From the NCBI GenBank assembly GCA_021404905.1, contig QWHN01000001.1, positions 2,162 through 66,161 of the forward strand: DNA of 64,000 nt, in the 5' to 3' direction. A model generated the notes under the pieces. That model did no database searches. It was given only the letters and a program-made list of their open reading frames with translations, and was not told the origin of the DNA. The position numbers and the translations under genes were made by a program. The stretch is from Candidatus Saccharibacteria bacterium CPR2 (GTDB taxonomy: Bacteria > Patescibacteriota > Saccharimonadia > Saccharimonadales > QWHN01). This document shows positions 51,919-63,744 of the stretch, in pieces; position 1 is the first letter of the stretch; each line of letters opens with the position of its first letter.

Positions 51919-53838
51919 TTACTTTTTGTCGCCATCCACCACCTCGCCCTCTATTGGTTCGTCTTTATCTTTTTTATCGGATTTTTCATCTTCCTTTCCT
52001 GAAGCCTCGGAGGATTTCGCGTCTTCTTTTGAAGCTGCTTCATACAGCTTTGCTCCGACTGGCTGAACTTTGTCGCCAAGATCTTTAACGGCTTTTTCTA
52101 TTGCATCCTTGTCTTCAGATTCTTCAGCCTTCTTTGCTTCTTTGAGGGCTTCTTCAATTGTTTTTTGGTCTTCTTCAGAGATTTTATCTTTATTATCGCT
52201 TAACATTTTTTCCGCAGAATAAATTGTGCTGGAAAGGACATTTTTAGACTCTGCTACCTCTCGCTTTTTCTTATCTTCCTCGGCATGAGCTTCGGCTTCT
52301 TTTTGGGCTTTTTCGATATCGTCTTTACTCAAATTGCCGCTGTTTTGGATGGTGATCGACTGTTCTTTGCTTGTGCCTTTATCTTTAGCGGTAACATTCA
52401 AAATCCCGTTTGCATCAAGGTTAAATGTAACTTCAATTTGAGGAATACCGCGTGGAGCTGGAGCTATTCCATCAAGAACAAAACGCCCTAAAGACTTATT
52501 GTCTGCTGACATTTCACGCTCACCTTGCAAAACATGAATCTCCACTTGAGGCTGATTATCCGCAGCGGTTGAGAATACTTCACTTTTACTTGTTGGGATT
52601 GTGGTATTTCGTTCTATAAGTTTGGTTGTGACTCCTCCCAGGGTTTCTATACCTAACGAAAGAGGGGTAACATCAAGAAGTAGAACATCCTTTACGTCAC
52701 CAGCAAGCACGCCGCCTTGGATAGCCGCACCAACCGCGACAACTTCATCCGGGTTCACGCCCTTTTTAGGCTCTTTGCCGAAAAGCTCTTTAACTTTTTC
52801 CTGGACCGCAGGCATTCGAGTCATGCCACCAACCAAGATGACTTCATCAATGTCTTTAGCCGTAAGCTTGGCATCTTTTAATGCGGACTTTACAGGGCCT
52901 TCAACTTTTGCCACGAGGTCAGCAACTAGAGACTCAAGCCTAGCTTTGGTAAGTTTATATTCAAAGTGCTTCGGACCTTCGGCATCAGCCGTCAAAAATG
53001 GCAAGTTAATGTCTGTTTCCTGCGCGGTTGAAAGTTCTTTCTTGGCTTTTTCGGCCTCATCTTTTAGGCGCTGCATCGCGGCTTTGTCGCTGTGAAGATC
53101 TACCCCATGTTCTTTTTTAAATTCATCCAGAAAATGGTTGACTATTACCATATCGAAGTCTTCACCGCCAAGATGGGTGTCGCCGTTGGTTGATTTGACT
53201 TCAAATACGCCATCACCAAGTTCCAGAATAGAAACGTCAAACGTACCGCCGCCAAGGTCAAATACAGCAATTTTCTCGTCTTTTTTACCCTCTTTATCTA
53301 TACCATATGCAAGAGCTGCCGCAGTTGGTTCGTTAATGATTCGCTTGACCTCAAGACCCGCAATTTTTCCCGCGTCTTTAGTGGCTTGGCGCTGGGAATC
53401 ATCAAAATAAGCAGGCACGGTGATAACAGCCTCCGTTACCGGCTGGCCCAAGTAGCTTTCCGCATCGGCTTTGAGTTTTGAGAGAATCATAGCCGAAATT
53501 TCCTCAGGGCTGTATTCTTTTTCAGCCATTTTAACCTTTACGCCTCCGTCGCTTTTAACGATTTCATATGGCATAAGCTTAAGGTCTTTCTGCACTTCCT
53601 TGTCTTCAAATCTGCGCCCAATTAACCGTTTAACGCCAAAGATCGTATTTTTTGGGTTTGTAACACGTTGGCGATTAGCAACTTGCCCCACCAACCGCTG
53701 ATTGTTTTTGCCCATAGCAACTACACTTGGCGTGGTTCTGTTGCCTTCAGTATTGGCAATAATTTCCGGCTTTCCGCCCTCCATTACAGCCATGGCGCTG
53801 TTAGTTGTCCCAAGATCTATTCCTATAACTTTTCCCAT
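51919..53838 (-). CDS. dnaK: Chaperone DnaK (Hsp70)
   Basis: [18 protein letters not shown], and the canonical Hsp70 sequence throughout. Confidence 0.98.
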   Translation of the reverse strand: MGKVIGIDLGTTNSAMAVMEGGKPEIIANTEGNRTTPSVVAMGKNNQRLVGQVANRQRVTNPKNTIFGVKRLIGRRFEDKEVQKDLKLMPYEIVKSDGGVKVKMAEKEYSPEEISAMILSKLKADAESYLGQPVTEAVITVPAYFDDSQRQATKDAGKIAGLEVKRIINEPTAAALAYGIDKEGKKDEKIAVFDLGGGTFDVSILELGDGVFEVKSTNGDTHLGGEDFDMVIVNHFLDEFKKEHGVDLHSDKAAMQRLKDEAEKAKKELSTAQETDINLPFLTADAEGPKHFEYKLTKARLESLVADLVAKVEGPVKSALKDAKLTAKDIDEVILVGGMTRMPAVQEKVKELFGKEPKKGVNPDEVVAVGAAIQGGVLAGDVKDVLLLDVTPLSLGIETLGGVTTKLIERNTTIPTSKSEVFSTAADNQPQVEIHVLQGEREMSADNKSLGRFVLDGIAPAPRGIPQIEVTFNLDANGILNVTAKDKGTSKEQSITIQNSGNLSKDDIEKAQKEAEAHAEEDKKKREVAESKNVLSSTIYSAEKMLSDNKDKISEEDQKTIEEALKEAKKAEESEDKDAIEKAVKDLGDKVQPVGAKLYEAASKEDAKSSEASGKEDEKSDKKDKDEPIEGEVVDGDKK

Positions 53839-53864
53839 TATTGTCTCCTCTTGTTTTAATTAAA

Positions 53865-54371
53865 TTAACGTTCTTTCTTGCTTAGATTATTCGCTCTTCC
53901 TACTTTTACCATTGCATGCCTAATAACTTCGTCATCTAATTTATAACCAGATTGAAGTTCTTCCGTTACTATCTCGTGTTTTCCATCTCCACCTTCTACG
54001 TGAACGGCTTCGTGCAAATTAGGGTCAAATACTTTGCCGACTGACTCAATTTTCTGGACGCCGAGTTCATGCAATGCCCTGTCCAACTGCTTAGCCACGC
54101 CTGTAATGCCCTGTGCCCATTTATCGTTTATCAGTTCTTTAGGTTGATGATTGAGCGCAAGACGCAAATTGTCGATGGTCGGCAACAACTTCAAAATAAC
54201 ACCTCTCCTGCCTTGCTGCTTGATATTCGCTGCTTGCTCCTCTGCTCTTCTCCGAAAGTTAATAAAGTCTGCTTGCACACGCTTTAAATCAGCAATTAAT
54301 TCTTGAACCATAACTTCAGGTTCATGAACATGTTTTGCATCCTTATCTTTTTGCTGCTTTTTCACACCCAC
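53865..54371 (-). CDS. grpE: Nucleotide exchange factor GrpE
   Basis: DFINFRRR...FDPNLHEAV pattern. Position between hrcA and dnaK. Confidence 0.93.
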   Translation of the reverse strand: MGVKKQQKDKDAKHVHEPEVMVQELIADLKRVQADFINFRRRAEEQAANIKQQGRRGVILKLLPTIDNLRLALNHQPKELINDKWAQGITGVAKQLDRALHELGVQKIESVGKVFDPNLHEAVHVEGGDGKHEIVTEELQSGYKLDDEVIRHAMVKVGRANNLSKKER

Positions 54372-55069
54372 AATTCCTCCTCCAAAATTTTACCCGCATG
54401 TCTAACAAGGTTCATGACAGAGCGATAACTTTGTCTTGTTGGCCCAAGTACGCCTACATAACTTCTGCTGCTAAAAGGCGATTGAAACCTGGAAATTATC
54501 AGACTACACCCGCTGCTTTTACCAATCGGGTTTTCCCGGCCAATATACACGCTTAGAGGTTTATTTGGCGCGGTTTCTCTTAACCAAGGTTCTAGGTTAT
54601 CCAACAATGCCGCAACTGCTTTAACGGAACTCGTTCTGTTAAACTCCGGCTGAGTAAATAAATAGGCAAGCCCGCTCATATAAAGCTGGGAACCAATGGT
54701 TGCAAAACCCAAATTTCTAGTAATTTCTGAGAGTGAACTCACTGCGGATTGGATTGCCTGCCTTGGCTCACCGGCACTTGTGATGCGAACATCAATCGCC
54801 CTAGCACCGCGATCGATAGTTGCATCTTCCTCATTTGCTGATTGCAATTGATTCACGTAATATCTATAGCCTTTGTCTGTAGGGATACGGCCAGCAGATG
54901 TGTGGGGGTGGGTAACATAGCCCATAGCCTCAAGTTGCGCCATTTCAGCCCGAATAGTTGCCGAGGATACGTTAAAGAGCTTAGCCAGAGTCACCGACCC
55001 TACAGGGCTTGCGACTTCAGCATACTGCTCCACAATTGCAGCCAGTATTTTTGCCTGTCTTTCAGTCAT
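54362..55069 (-). CDS. hrcA: Heat-inducible repressor HrcA (short form)
   Basis: N-terminal winged helix RQAKILAAIVEQYAEVASPVGS...SSATIRAEMAQLEAMGY. 235 aa, with a 10-nt overlap with grpE. Confidence 0.85.
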   Translation of the reverse strand: MTERQAKILAAIVEQYAEVASPVGSVTLAKLFNVSSATIRAEMAQLEAMGYVTHPHTSAGRIPTDKGYRYYVNQLQSANEEDATIDRGARAIDVRITSAGEPRQAIQSAVSSLSEITRNLGFATIGSQLYMSGLAYLFTQPEFNRTSSVKAVAALLDNLEPWLRETAPNKPLSVYIGRENPIGKSSGCSLIISRFQSPFSSRSYVGVLGPTRQSYRSVMNLVRHAGKILEEELWV

Positions 55070-55081
55070 ATATATTGCATC

Positions 55082-55108
55082 TTAGCAGTCTGGTTGACTT
55101 CGTGCTAA
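55082..55108. promoter_or_regulatory. Degenerate CIRCE-like inverted repeat
   Basis: TTAGCAGTC-N9-TCGTGCTAA, compared with the consensus TTAGCACTC-N9-GAGTGCTAA. Confidence 0.45.
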
Positions 55109-55127
55109 TGAAATAATTTTATCTAAT

Positions 55128-55154
55128 TTGGCACTCGTACGTCAAGAGTGCTAG
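55128..55154. promoter_or_regulatory. CIRCE operator (HrcA binding site) upstream of hrcA
   Basis: TTGGCACTC-gtacgtcaa-GAGTGCTAG matches 16 of 18 consensus positions with the exact N9 spacing. Confidence 0.75.
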
Positions 55155-55186
55155 TGCATTGTGTTAGTTGAACTTGCTGGAGTGGT

Positions 55187-55981
55187 TTAGCTTGGCGATT
55201 CTCTTTGAAGATCTGAACGATGCGTATCCGTAGTAATGATTTTTTCTTTTATTTTACCGACAAGACGTGACGCTGCTTCCTCGCCATCGATAAAATCAAG
55301 GCTTTCCCAGTCACTGTCAACCAATTCGTTAATATCTTCGATAGTTTTATCGATATCATCATTAACGACAAATGCAAAATTTTTCTTATCTTTTAGAGCG
55401 GTTTCTATTTCCCATACAGCTGTGCGCATCCGATTATTTATTTCAAGTACAGTATGGTCGCCGCTACCTTGATATCTTGTTACCAACCTACTGTGCCACA
55501 AGTCAAAATCCGCTGGCACGAGAAAAATAGTTTTTATATTACCCTTATTAAATTTCACAAATTCTTGGGCTCCCTGTATGTCTATATCTGTTACAGCTAC
55601 CATATTATTGTTTTTTGCAATTTGAAAATCCAGGTAACCTGTAGCGTATAAATTATTTTCATGAACAATCTTTGCCTCGACAAATTCCTGCCCGTCAATC
55701 ATTGCTTCTGCTTGCTCCCAGGAAATAAAGTTGTAATGTTCTTTGTTTTTTTCCATAACTCCATGGTTCATTCGCGGCTCGCGAGTAGTGTAGGAAATAG
55801 CATAGTGATATTTGCCACTCTCAAGTAATTTTTGAATAACATAATTCTTGCCCGCACCTGAGATGCCCACAACTAACAATACCCTCGCGCTACCGAGCAA
55901 TTTATAGACAAATTCCGAAGGGCTGTATTGTGAAATCTTTTTTATAACTCTTAACCTAGTAACTTCTTGTGATTGACTCAT
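55187..55981 (-). CDS. Guanylate-kinase-like P-loop kinase with extended C-terminus
   Basis: P-loop GISGAGKN and SYTTREPR, followed by ...YNFISWEQ...IDIQGA. Start set at the ATG at 55981 to avoid overlapping lepA. Confidence 0.7.
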   Translation of the reverse strand: MSQSQEVTRLRVIKKISQYSPSEFVYKLLGSARVLLVVGISGAGKNYVIQKLLESGKYHYAISYTTREPRMNHGVMEKNKEHYNFISWEQAEAMIDGQEFVEAKIVHENNLYATGYLDFQIAKNNNMVAVTDIDIQGAQEFVKFNKGNIKTIFLVPADFDLWHSRLVTRYQGSGDHTVLEINNRMRTAVWEIETALKDKKNFAFVVNDDIDKTIEDINELVDSDWESLDFIDGEEAASRLVGKIKEKIITTDTHRSDLQRESPS

Positions 55982-56003
55982 ATTTTTAGAACTATAACAC
56001 AAT

Positions 56004-57791
56004 TTACTTGTCGCGATTAAGAAGCACCGTGAAAGCTTCGTTTGGAATTTCGACTTTACCAAATTTTTTCATGCGCGCTTTGCCTCTTTTTTGCTTTGCC
56101 CAAAGTTTTTTCTTTCTACTAACATCACCGCCATATAAATGCCCTGTGACATTCTTTTTTAATGCTTGGATGTTTTCTCGCGCGATTATTTTTCCGTTGA
56201 TTGCGGCTTGCAAACTGACCTGGAATAATTGCTTGGGGATGACTTCTCTTAGTTTTTCAACCGTTTCACGGCCCATACGCATAGACTGGTTCCGGTGCGT
56301 TATTATGCTTAAAGCGTCAACTCGCTCTCCGGCAACGAGAAAATCCAACCTCACTAAATCACCGGCACGATAATCGTCCAGATCATAATTAAATGATCCA
56401 TAACCGCTGGTAATGCTTTTTAATTGATCATAAAAATCAGTCAAAACATTGGCAAGCGGCGCTTCAAATTCAATTAATGACAAATGATTATCAACATAAT
56501 CAATATGTTTTTGGTGACCACGAGAGTTGATTATGTGTTGTAAAACGCCGCCCAAATATTCTTTTGGAGAAACTATTTCTCCTTTTATCCAAGGCTCCCG
56601 TATTTCAAGCACTTTACTGGCATCGGGTAAATCAGCAGCGTTTTTTATAGTAATCTCTGATTGATTCTGCAAGACAATTTCATATTCCGTCGATGGATTA
56701 GTAATAATAAGTTCAAGATTGTATTCCCGCTCTAACCGTTCTTTGACAATGTCCATATGCAACAAACCCAGGAACCCAATTCTAAAACCAAACCCTAAAA
56801 CCTGTGAGTTCTCAGGTTCATAGACAAGCGCGCAGTCATTTAGCGCGAGCTTTTCCAAAGCATCTTTAAGTTCATGATAATCTTCATTGGAACTTGGAAA
56901 TATACCGGCATATACAAATGGCTGGACTTCCTTATAGCCCGGCAGTGCTTGATTTGGGAGGTTGTCTACGCTGGCTATGGTATCGCCAACTTTAGCTTCA
57001 TGGACAGATTTAAGGTTGGTCACGATATAACCTATTTCACCAGTATCTAGCAAGGGGCGCTCTGACATATCAGGAGTTAACGCGCCAATCTCGAGCGCAA
57101 TGCCATTACTATTTGCTGCCATGAGTTTTATTTTTTGATTTTTATTAATGGACCCGTCCACAACACGTACAAATAGGATCACTCCCCGATAATCATCATA
57201 CATCGAATCAAACACAAGAGCCCTTAAGGGTTTTTGTTTGTCGCCCTTTGGCTCAGGTATATCTAAAACAATACGCTCTAAGACCTTTTCAACACCCTCG
57301 CCAGTTTTGGCGGAAATTTGTAAAATATCTGATTCTTTGCAGCCAAGAAGAGATATTATCTCCTTGCTAACCTTGCCGATATCCGCCGCCGGCAAATCTA
57401 TTTTGTTAAGAACGGGAACTATATGTAAATCCGCCGCCATAGCCAGATAGACGTTCGCCAGAGTTTGCGCCTGAATTCCCTGAGTCGCATCAACTACAAG
57501 CAAAGCCCCCTCGCAAGCCTCTAGGCTTCGGGATACTTCATAACTAAAATCAACATGCCCAGGAGTATCAATAAGATTTAATTCATATTTTTGATAATTC
57601 ATTCTTACCGGTTGCAGTTTTATGGTAATGCCTTTTTCACGCTCCAGGTCCATACGATCAAGCAGTTGCTCGCGCATTTGGCGTTTTTCAACAGTGCCAG
57701 TTAACTCAAGCAAACGGTCGGCCAAAGTTGACTTGCCGTGATCAATATGAGCAATGATGCAGAAATTTCGAATGTTAGATTGGCTAGACAT
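56004..57791 (-). CDS. lepA: Translation elongation factor 4 (LepA)
   Basis: IRNFCIIAHIDHGKSTLADR, DTPGHVDF, and the LepA C-terminal domain. Confidence 0.97.
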   Translation of the reverse strand: MSSQSNIRNFCIIAHIDHGKSTLADRLLELTGTVEKRQMREQLLDRMDLEREKGITIKLQPVRMNYQKYELNLIDTPGHVDFSYEVSRSLEACEGALLVVDATQGIQAQTLANVYLAMAADLHIVPVLNKIDLPAADIGKVSKEIISLLGCKESDILQISAKTGEGVEKVLERIVLDIPEPKGDKQKPLRALVFDSMYDDYRGVILFVRVVDGSINKNQKIKLMAANSNGIALEIGALTPDMSERPLLDTGEIGYIVTNLKSVHEAKVGDTIASVDNLPNQALPGYKEVQPFVYAGIFPSSNEDYHELKDALEKLALNDCALVYEPENSQVLGFGFRIGFLGLLHMDIVKERLEREYNLELIITNPSTEYEIVLQNQSEITIKNAADLPDASKVLEIREPWIKGEIVSPKEYLGGVLQHIINSRGHQKHIDYVDNHLSLIEFEAPLANVLTDFYDQLKSITSGYGSFNYDLDDYRAGDLVRLDFLVAGERVDALSIITHRNQSMRMGRETVEKLREVIPKQLFQVSLQAAINGKIIARENIQALKKNVTGHLYGGDVSRKKKLWAKQKRGKARMKKFGKVEIPNEAFTVLLNRDK

Positions 57792-57861
57792 AAGCTATTG
57801 ACATTAATGACACTTAAAAATCCTTATAACACTAATTAAATCAGATTATTCTGCCACAAAC

Positions 57862-59448
57862 CTAGCTTAGTTTCAATGTTTTGAACATTGTTTGCTTTAG
57901 CTGATTAACTATAGGTTTGGCTTCTTCCAGTTTAAACAAAGAGCTAACAAACACATATGTCATAAGACTCAAAACAATAATGAGTAAAAACTTCGGGGCA
58001 AGCGCGAAAAATCCAACATCAGTGGCTTGAAGCGGGAAAATGTATGCAATCAGCATATAAATCACAAATGACGTTATGCCCGTTGCCGAGACCATTTTAA
58101 CCAGTGCGTTTATATAGGATTTAGTGAATAGTCCGCCGAGCTGTCTGGAGAGGATTGAAAGTAACATAGTAACTTCAAACACCGCTACCGCGCTTTGAGC
58201 TATAGCTAAACCGTAAACTCCATATCTTTCAGGAGATGATAGATAGGCAGCTACAAAAATTATTACCGGAATCCCAATAGCAGAAACATAAAGCGGTGTT
58301 AAAGTATTTTGCTGTGCATAAAATGCGCGTGTAACTAAGTGAAATATCGCTCTAAAAAATATTGCTACAGATAATAATCCAAGTAATGTCGCGATGGTCG
58401 GGTTGCCTTCGGCTACCAGCAAACGAACAAGATATCCTCTGGCAAAATACGCTATGACAACGGTTGGCAGCGCCAGCCAGATTATAGCTCTGAGCATTTT
58501 TAAGAAATCTTTTTTAAACAAATCCGGTCTGTTATTACTGATTCGTTCAGATAATTTTGGAAAACTCGCAGTTGAGATCGCAACTCCAATTAAAGTAATT
58601 GGCACCCAGTGTAATGTAAATGCGGTTTGATAAGCAGTTACCATGCCAGCTGATAGTCTGGATGCTAAGTTGACTTCCACTAAAGTATGGAAATAATCTA
58701 TGCCTTGATCAAACGATCTTGGAGGTAAAAGTTCCAGCACTTTGCGAAAGCCTTTATGTTTCCAAAAAATTTTACCGGTATATTTAAAACCGATCCCCGA
58801 CATACCAACAATACTTGCGATAAGCTGCACCACTGAGCCAATCGCAACCCCGTAGGCAACTCCCTGAATTCCAAAATGTGGAGACAAAAACAAAATACCA
58901 AATATAATTCCTATGCTATAAAGAGATGGCGCCAATGAATAGAAAAAAAATCTACCATAAGCTTGCTGGATACTGGTTAGAACGCTGGAAATAGCAAAGA
59001 GAAACGGGTTTATCGCGATAATTCTCATCATGTCGACAGCCAATTGGGTTGTATATTGATCAAATCCGGGAGCGATTAGATATTTTATTAATGGTTCCGC
59101 GAATATAACTATAAGGATGCTCGCAATAGCAGTAACAATTGCTAAAAAATTCAGAACGCTTGACGTAAGTTTCCATGCTGATTTTTTATTTCCCGCTACG
59201 ATTCTCTGAGTAAACACCGGAATAAATGTAACGCTAAATGCTCCCGAGACAAGGATAAAAAACATAAAATCCGGCACCGTGAAAGCTGCTTTATACGCGT
59301 CAACTTCAGAACCCACACCGAAATTTGCCAGTATCAAACGTTCGCGAAAAAGCCCCAAAAGACTTGAGATAAGTCCCGCCCCCGCAAGTAAACCGGCCGC
59401 CCATGCGACAGTAACTCTGGAGTTTGCTTTTGTTAGAATATTTTTCAT
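57862..59448 (-). CDS. murJ: Lipid II flippase MurJ (MviN)
   Basis: 528 aa, 14 TM helices. N-terminal pattern SRVLGLFRERLILANFG-like (SSLLGLFRERLILANFGVG). Confidence 0.9.
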   Translation of the reverse strand: MKNILTKANSRVTVAWAAGLLAGAGLISSLLGLFRERLILANFGVGSEVDAYKAAFTVPDFMFFILVSGAFSVTFIPVFTQRIVAGNKKSAWKLTSSVLNFLAIVTAIASILIVIFAEPLIKYLIAPGFDQYTTQLAVDMMRIIAINPFLFAISSVLTSIQQAYGRFFFYSLAPSLYSIGIIFGILFLSPHFGIQGVAYGVAIGSVVQLIASIVGMSGIGFKYTGKIFWKHKGFRKVLELLPPRSFDQGIDYFHTLVEVNLASRLSAGMVTAYQTAFTLHWVPITLIGVAISTASFPKLSERISNNRPDLFKKDFLKMLRAIIWLALPTVVIAYFARGYLVRLLVAEGNPTIATLLGLLSVAIFFRAIFHLVTRAFYAQQNTLTPLYVSAIGIPVIIFVAAYLSSPERYGVYGLAIAQSAVAVFEVTMLLSILSRQLGGLFTKSYINALVKMVSATGITSFVIYMLIAYIFPLQATDVGFFALAPKFLLIIVLSLMTYVFVSSLFKLEEAKPIVNQLKQTMFKTLKLS

Positions 59449-59504
59449 TTGTTTTATGAATTATCTAAATCTAGTATACGTGAGCAACCATGCTCAGAGA
59501 AGAT

Positions 59505-60722
59505 CTATTGTTCGTAATCTTTGATTAGCCGATATGTAACAGCGTTAGTCCAGGCAAACCCGGATTGATGCGGATAAACTCCTTCTGCCGCATCAATATC
59601 AGAATTCAAAAGATTATATTTTTCATAAATTTTTCCGGTAGTCTCAAATTTCGTTGATACGGTTTTCACCCAACCTCGAGCAATTTCTTTAGCTTTGCTA
59701 TGATAACCATATTTCTCCAAACCTTTAACAACAATGTATTGAAGAGGAGCCCACCCGTTTGGTGTCGCCCACTGGAACAAAGGGCTGGGGTGTAAATGGT
59801 GCGGTGTGGCAGTTAATCCGTTTCCAGTTTGAAATAATTTCAGTTTTTTAACCATGCTCGCACTCTGATCTTCCGACGCCAACCCCGCAAACATAGCATA
59901 ATACGCGGCAAGCGAGTAATGCGCGCTCAACGCGTTCTTTTTATAGTTGTACTCAAAATAAAAGCCTTCTTCTTCATTCCAAAGATATTCATGAACATTT
60001 CGTCGACGCTGGTTGGCACATTCTTCCCAGAAGGTTTTAGTATTTGGCTTTTCCAAAATTGAAGCTATATGGCTAAAATCAACTTCATATTTATAGAGCA
60101 GGGAATTTAGGTCGATTGGGATATAGTCCAAAGAGCGATGGTTAAATCTTGTCGTATAATCCCAACCGCTTTCTGCTTCAGCCAAACTGTGCAAAACATT
60201 GACATCATAATATCTAGACAAGCCTTTGAAGACCTGTCTTACGTGTGGTTGTTGCTGGCCCATCCACACCTTATGATATTCTTTCTGAGCGCTATTAAAC
60301 GCGTTTTCCAACCAGGATTTGTCTTTTGTTATAGAATACACGTCTAAAATCATTGATGATAGCAGTGGAGGTTGAGAACGACTCAGCATATAAAATCTGT
60401 TCGCGTTCGGTATCATACCGAATCTATCCAACATGTGAAGCAGATTATTAACCATACCAATAGCAAGATCCTGATATTGCGTGCCGATTAAGCCTTGAAT
60501 AACAAAGTAAGTGTCCCAGTAATATTGCTCGCGAAAGACAAATCCATCTACTGGTTCCGTAGAGGGTACTATGTAAGGATGGGGAAGACCTATTAAAGTT
60601 TCGTGATCCTCAGGATTGCTAACAACTAATCCTCCCCAATAAGCGTCGATATAATCAACTAACTTTTGCAAGCGTTCTTTTTTACCAGTACCTAGTGCTA
60701 AACTTATGCCTTTCACCATCAC
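59505..60722 (-). CDS. GH37-family alpha,alpha-trehalase
   Basis: Trehalase signatures FREQYYWDTYF and QWATPNGWAPLQ. Confidence 0.85.
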   Translation of the reverse strand: MMVKGISLALGTGKKERLQKLVDYIDAYWGGLVVSNPEDHETLIGLPHPYIVPSTEPVDGFVFREQYYWDTYFVIQGLIGTQYQDLAIGMVNNLLHMLDRFGMIPNANRFYMLSRSQPPLLSSMILDVYSITKDKSWLENAFNSAQKEYHKVWMGQQQPHVRQVFKGLSRYYDVNVLHSLAEAESGWDYTTRFNHRSLDYIPIDLNSLLYKYEVDFSHIASILEKPNTKTFWEECANQRRRNVHEYLWNEEEGFYFEYNYKKNALSAHYSLAAYYAMFAGLASEDQSASMVKKLKLFQTGNGLTATPHHLHPSPLFQWATPNGWAPLQYIVVKGLEKYGYHSKAKEIARGWVKTVSTKFETTGKIYEKYNLLNSDIDAAEGVYPHQSGFAWTNAVTYRLIKDYEQ

Positions 60723-60848
60723 GTATTACATATGATGGTAACAAAATGCTTATTCTAATTCTATAGATTAGAACTTATTTACCAGTTCTCTTATGATTTC
60801 AAGAGACAGATACACGGGTAATTTTAGGATTAGTGTGTAAGTTCTAAG

Positions 60849-62711
60849 TTAGTAAAGAGATGCTGATTTCGGCATCTTACAACCAACCAGAATTTTTTTC
60901 ACTTCCTCTGCTTCCAGAGTCTCTTTTTTAAGTAATGCGTCTTTTAATTTATTAAGAAAAGTCTTATTTGCCCTAAGAACCTCTTCAGCACGATGGGCTG
61001 CTTCATCAATAAGCTCTCTGACTTCTTGGTCGATCTCTTGAGCAGTTGATTCAGAATAAGGCCTTTCATGCACGATTTTGTCAAAAACAAGTCCACCTGG
61101 TTGGGTTTCGTGAAATACCTGATTTCGAAGTTTTTTACCCATTCCTTGCTCTATTATCATTTCCCGAGCTAGCTCAGTGGCTTTTTGCAGATCACTGCCA
61201 GCCCCGGTGGTGACACTTTCAGAACCATAAATCAATTTTTCAGCGATGCGCCCGCCCAACATTCGCGCCAAAACATCTTTAAACTCAATTATTGAGTGGT
61301 AGCTCTTGTCCTCGGGTGGGATAAACCAGGTTACCCCGCCAGTCCCCCCGCGGGGAATTATGGTAACTTTATGAACTAAATCAGAATCGGGAAGAACATG
61401 CCCGACAATCGCATGTCCAGCTTCATGATACGCGGTAATTTCTTTTTCTTTGTCGTTCATAATTTTACTTTTTCTTTCCGGACCAATCGCAACACGTTCA
61501 AATGCTTCTGTTACATCTTTATTGGTAATAGTTTTTCTGTTATTGCGTGCTGCTATTATGGCTGACTCATTGGTAATATTTGCCAAATCTGCGCCTGAGG
61601 AACCAGCGGTCTTAGCTGCGAGGGCATCTATGTTAACGTCATTTGCAACTGGTTTTTGTTCAAAATGGACTTTCAAAATCGCCTCGCGTTCTTTTCTGTC
61701 CGGTAAGTTTAAGCTAACGCGGCGGTCAAAGCGACCCGGTCTGAGCAAAGCTGGATCCAAAACATCAGCACGGTTTGTCGCTGCAAGCACGATTACGTTT
61801 GTGCCTTGCTCAAATCCATCCATTTCAACCAGGATTTGATTTAGAGTTTGTTCTCTTTCGTCGTGACCCCCACCCATACCACTACCGCGGCGTCTTCCAA
61901 CCGCGTCAATTTCATCTATAAAGATTATGCATGGAGCATTTTTCTTGGCTTTGGCAAACAAATCTCGAACTCTACTCGCGCCGACACCAACGAACATCTC
62001 AACAAACTCAGAGCCAGATATGCTAAAAAAAGGCACCCCCGCTTCGCCCGCTACAGCACGCGCCATCATAGTTTTACCCGTACCCGGAGGGCCAACCAGC
62101 AAAGCTCCCTTTGGAATTTTTGCTCCAAGGGATCGGAATTTTTTAGGGAATTTCAAAAATTCAACTACTTCTTGCAAATCTTCTTTTGCTTCTTCGGAGC
62201 CAGCAACTTCTTTAAAGCTCATTTTTTGCTTGTCGCCGCCAAATAACCGAGCCCGAGATTTACCAAAACTAAGAGCTTGATTCCCTTGGCCTTGCGCCTG
62301 GCGCATCATAAAGTAAAAGAACCCGATTATTAATAGAACCGGCAAAAAGGCTGTACCAATTTGCCACCATATCTCGCTACTGGATGATGCTTCTTCAACC
62401 TTATACTCAACCCTGGACAAGTCCAAACCTTGCTCTACCAGGCTTGCGCCTTGACTCTTTCGCGATTTCTCAGTTGGTTCGTCTTTACCTGCTGGAGTAA
62501 CAAGCAGCTCATCACCCTTCTCAACAATTCGAGTAATTTCCCCTTTGTTTGCTCGCTCGATTACACTTGATAATGGAACCTCTTGCAGATTTTGTGTCGG
62601 CCGCGACAGGGCGACAACAATAAGGACCAAAACTAAAACAATAGCAATAAAGCCAAAGTTCTTGAAACTCCGCCTGCCATCTCCAGGTACCTGTGCTTTT
62701 TTATTGTCCAT
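60849..62711 (-). CDS. ftsH: ATP-dependent zinc metalloprotease FtsH
   Basis: [20 protein letters not shown], and the zinc site HEAGHA. Confidence 0.97.
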   Translation of the reverse strand: MDNKKAQVPGDGRRSFKNFGFIAIVLVLVLIVVALSRPTQNLQEVPLSSVIERANKGEITRIVEKGDELLVTPAGKDEPTEKSRKSQGASLVEQGLDLSRVEYKVEEASSSSEIWWQIGTAFLPVLLIIGFFYFMMRQAQGQGNQALSFGKSRARLFGGDKQKMSFKEVAGSEEAKEDLQEVVEFLKFPKKFRSLGAKIPKGALLVGPPGTGKTMMARAVAGEAGVPFFSISGSEFVEMFVGVGASRVRDLFAKAKKNAPCIIFIDEIDAVGRRRGSGMGGGHDEREQTLNQILVEMDGFEQGTNVIVLAATNRADVLDPALLRPGRFDRRVSLNLPDRKEREAILKVHFEQKPVANDVNIDALAAKTAGSSGADLANITNESAIIAARNNRKTITNKDVTEAFERVAIGPERKSKIMNDKEKEITAYHEAGHAIVGHVLPDSDLVHKVTIIPRGGTGGVTWFIPPEDKSYHSIIEFKDVLARMLGGRIAEKLIYGSESVTTGAGSDLQKATELAREMIIEQGMGKKLRNQVFHETQPGGLVFDKIVHERPYSESTAQEIDQEVRELIDEAAHRAEEVLRANKTFLNKLKDALLKKETLEAEEVKKILVGCKMPKSASLY

Positions 62712-62754
62712 ACTTTTACCTATTATATCCTAAACAATGCCCCATTTTAGAACA

Positions 62755-63690
62755 TTAATCTACCTTTGCCAAACATACTTTATCTTTGTTGATCGTTACG
62801 TAAGTATTTTTACTGGCAATCATTCTTTTGCCTGACTTTGCAGTCTTTGCAAAATTAACGGTTCTTTCTATTTGCTTTTCATCAAAATGTAGATTCCCGG
62901 ACAGTTCTTTTAAATACAAATAAACCAATTCTTTGGCCACAGAAACAGGCAACATGACAAGAGAATAGCGACTTAATATTACTTGATTATTCTTAACACT
63001 ACCTAATTGCTTTGCAATTTCATCTAGTTCCATGTCTATTTTTTTATTTACCTCTATCATATTTTTGTGAATAAGAAACAGCTTATTTACAACATCTTTA
63101 TCTCGGTTTACCATTTTCGGAATTAATTCATGCCGTATGTAATTCCGAAGGATTTTTGTATTTTCATTTGTAGGATCTTCACGCCACTCTAAATTATTCA
63201 TTTGTGCGTAAGAAACAAGTTGTTTTTTTGAGATATCTAGAAATGGACGCAAAATACTTTTCGTGTCTTTTAGGCTGGTTAAGCCTCGCCTGCCCGTGCC
63301 GCGAAGTATATTTATAATCATGGTTTCAATGACGTCGTCCTTATGGTGAGCAGTAATAATTTTCGCGGAATATTTTTTACTCAAATTATGTAAAAACTCA
63401 TAGCGTTTTGCGCGCGCGGTTTCCTCGCTCGCATAGGCTCCTAATTTTCCTTCTTTATGCTCAAATTTAAGTTCGTAGTATTCAGCTAACTTTTGAACAA
63501 ATTCCCTATCTAAATGAGAATCTTTTCTAATTCCGTGGTCAAAATGGGCCACTATTAAATCCAAGTTTTTATTTTTAGCCAGTAAATTCAGTAACACGAC
63601 AGAGTCTACGCCACCAGACACAGCCACAATATATCTGCCTTTTGCAATATTTGGTACATATTTCATCAAATTATTCATTAGTATTATCAT
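62755..63690 (-). CDS. tilS: tRNA(Ile)-lysidine synthase TilS
   Basis: PP-loop VAVSGGVDSVVL. Upstream of ftsH, as in many bacteria. Confidence 0.9.
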   Translation of the reverse strand: MIILMNNLMKYVPNIAKGRYIVAVSGGVDSVVLLNLLAKNKNLDLIVAHFDHGIRKDSHLDREFVQKLAEYYELKFEHKEGKLGAYASEETARAKRYEFLHNLSKKYSAKIITAHHKDDVIETMIINILRGTGRRGLTSLKDTKSILRPFLDISKKQLVSYAQMNNLEWREDPTNENTKILRNYIRHELIPKMVNRDKDVVNKLFLIHKNMIEVNKKIDMELDEIAKQLGSVKNNQVILSRYSLVMLPVSVAKELVYLYLKELSGNLHFDEKQIERTVNFAKTAKSGKRMIASKNTYVTINKDKVCLAKVD

Positions 63691-63744
63691 TTCAATAAGC
63701 GTTGAGATTGTACACCTCTACAAAACAATTTATTGTCATTAAAA

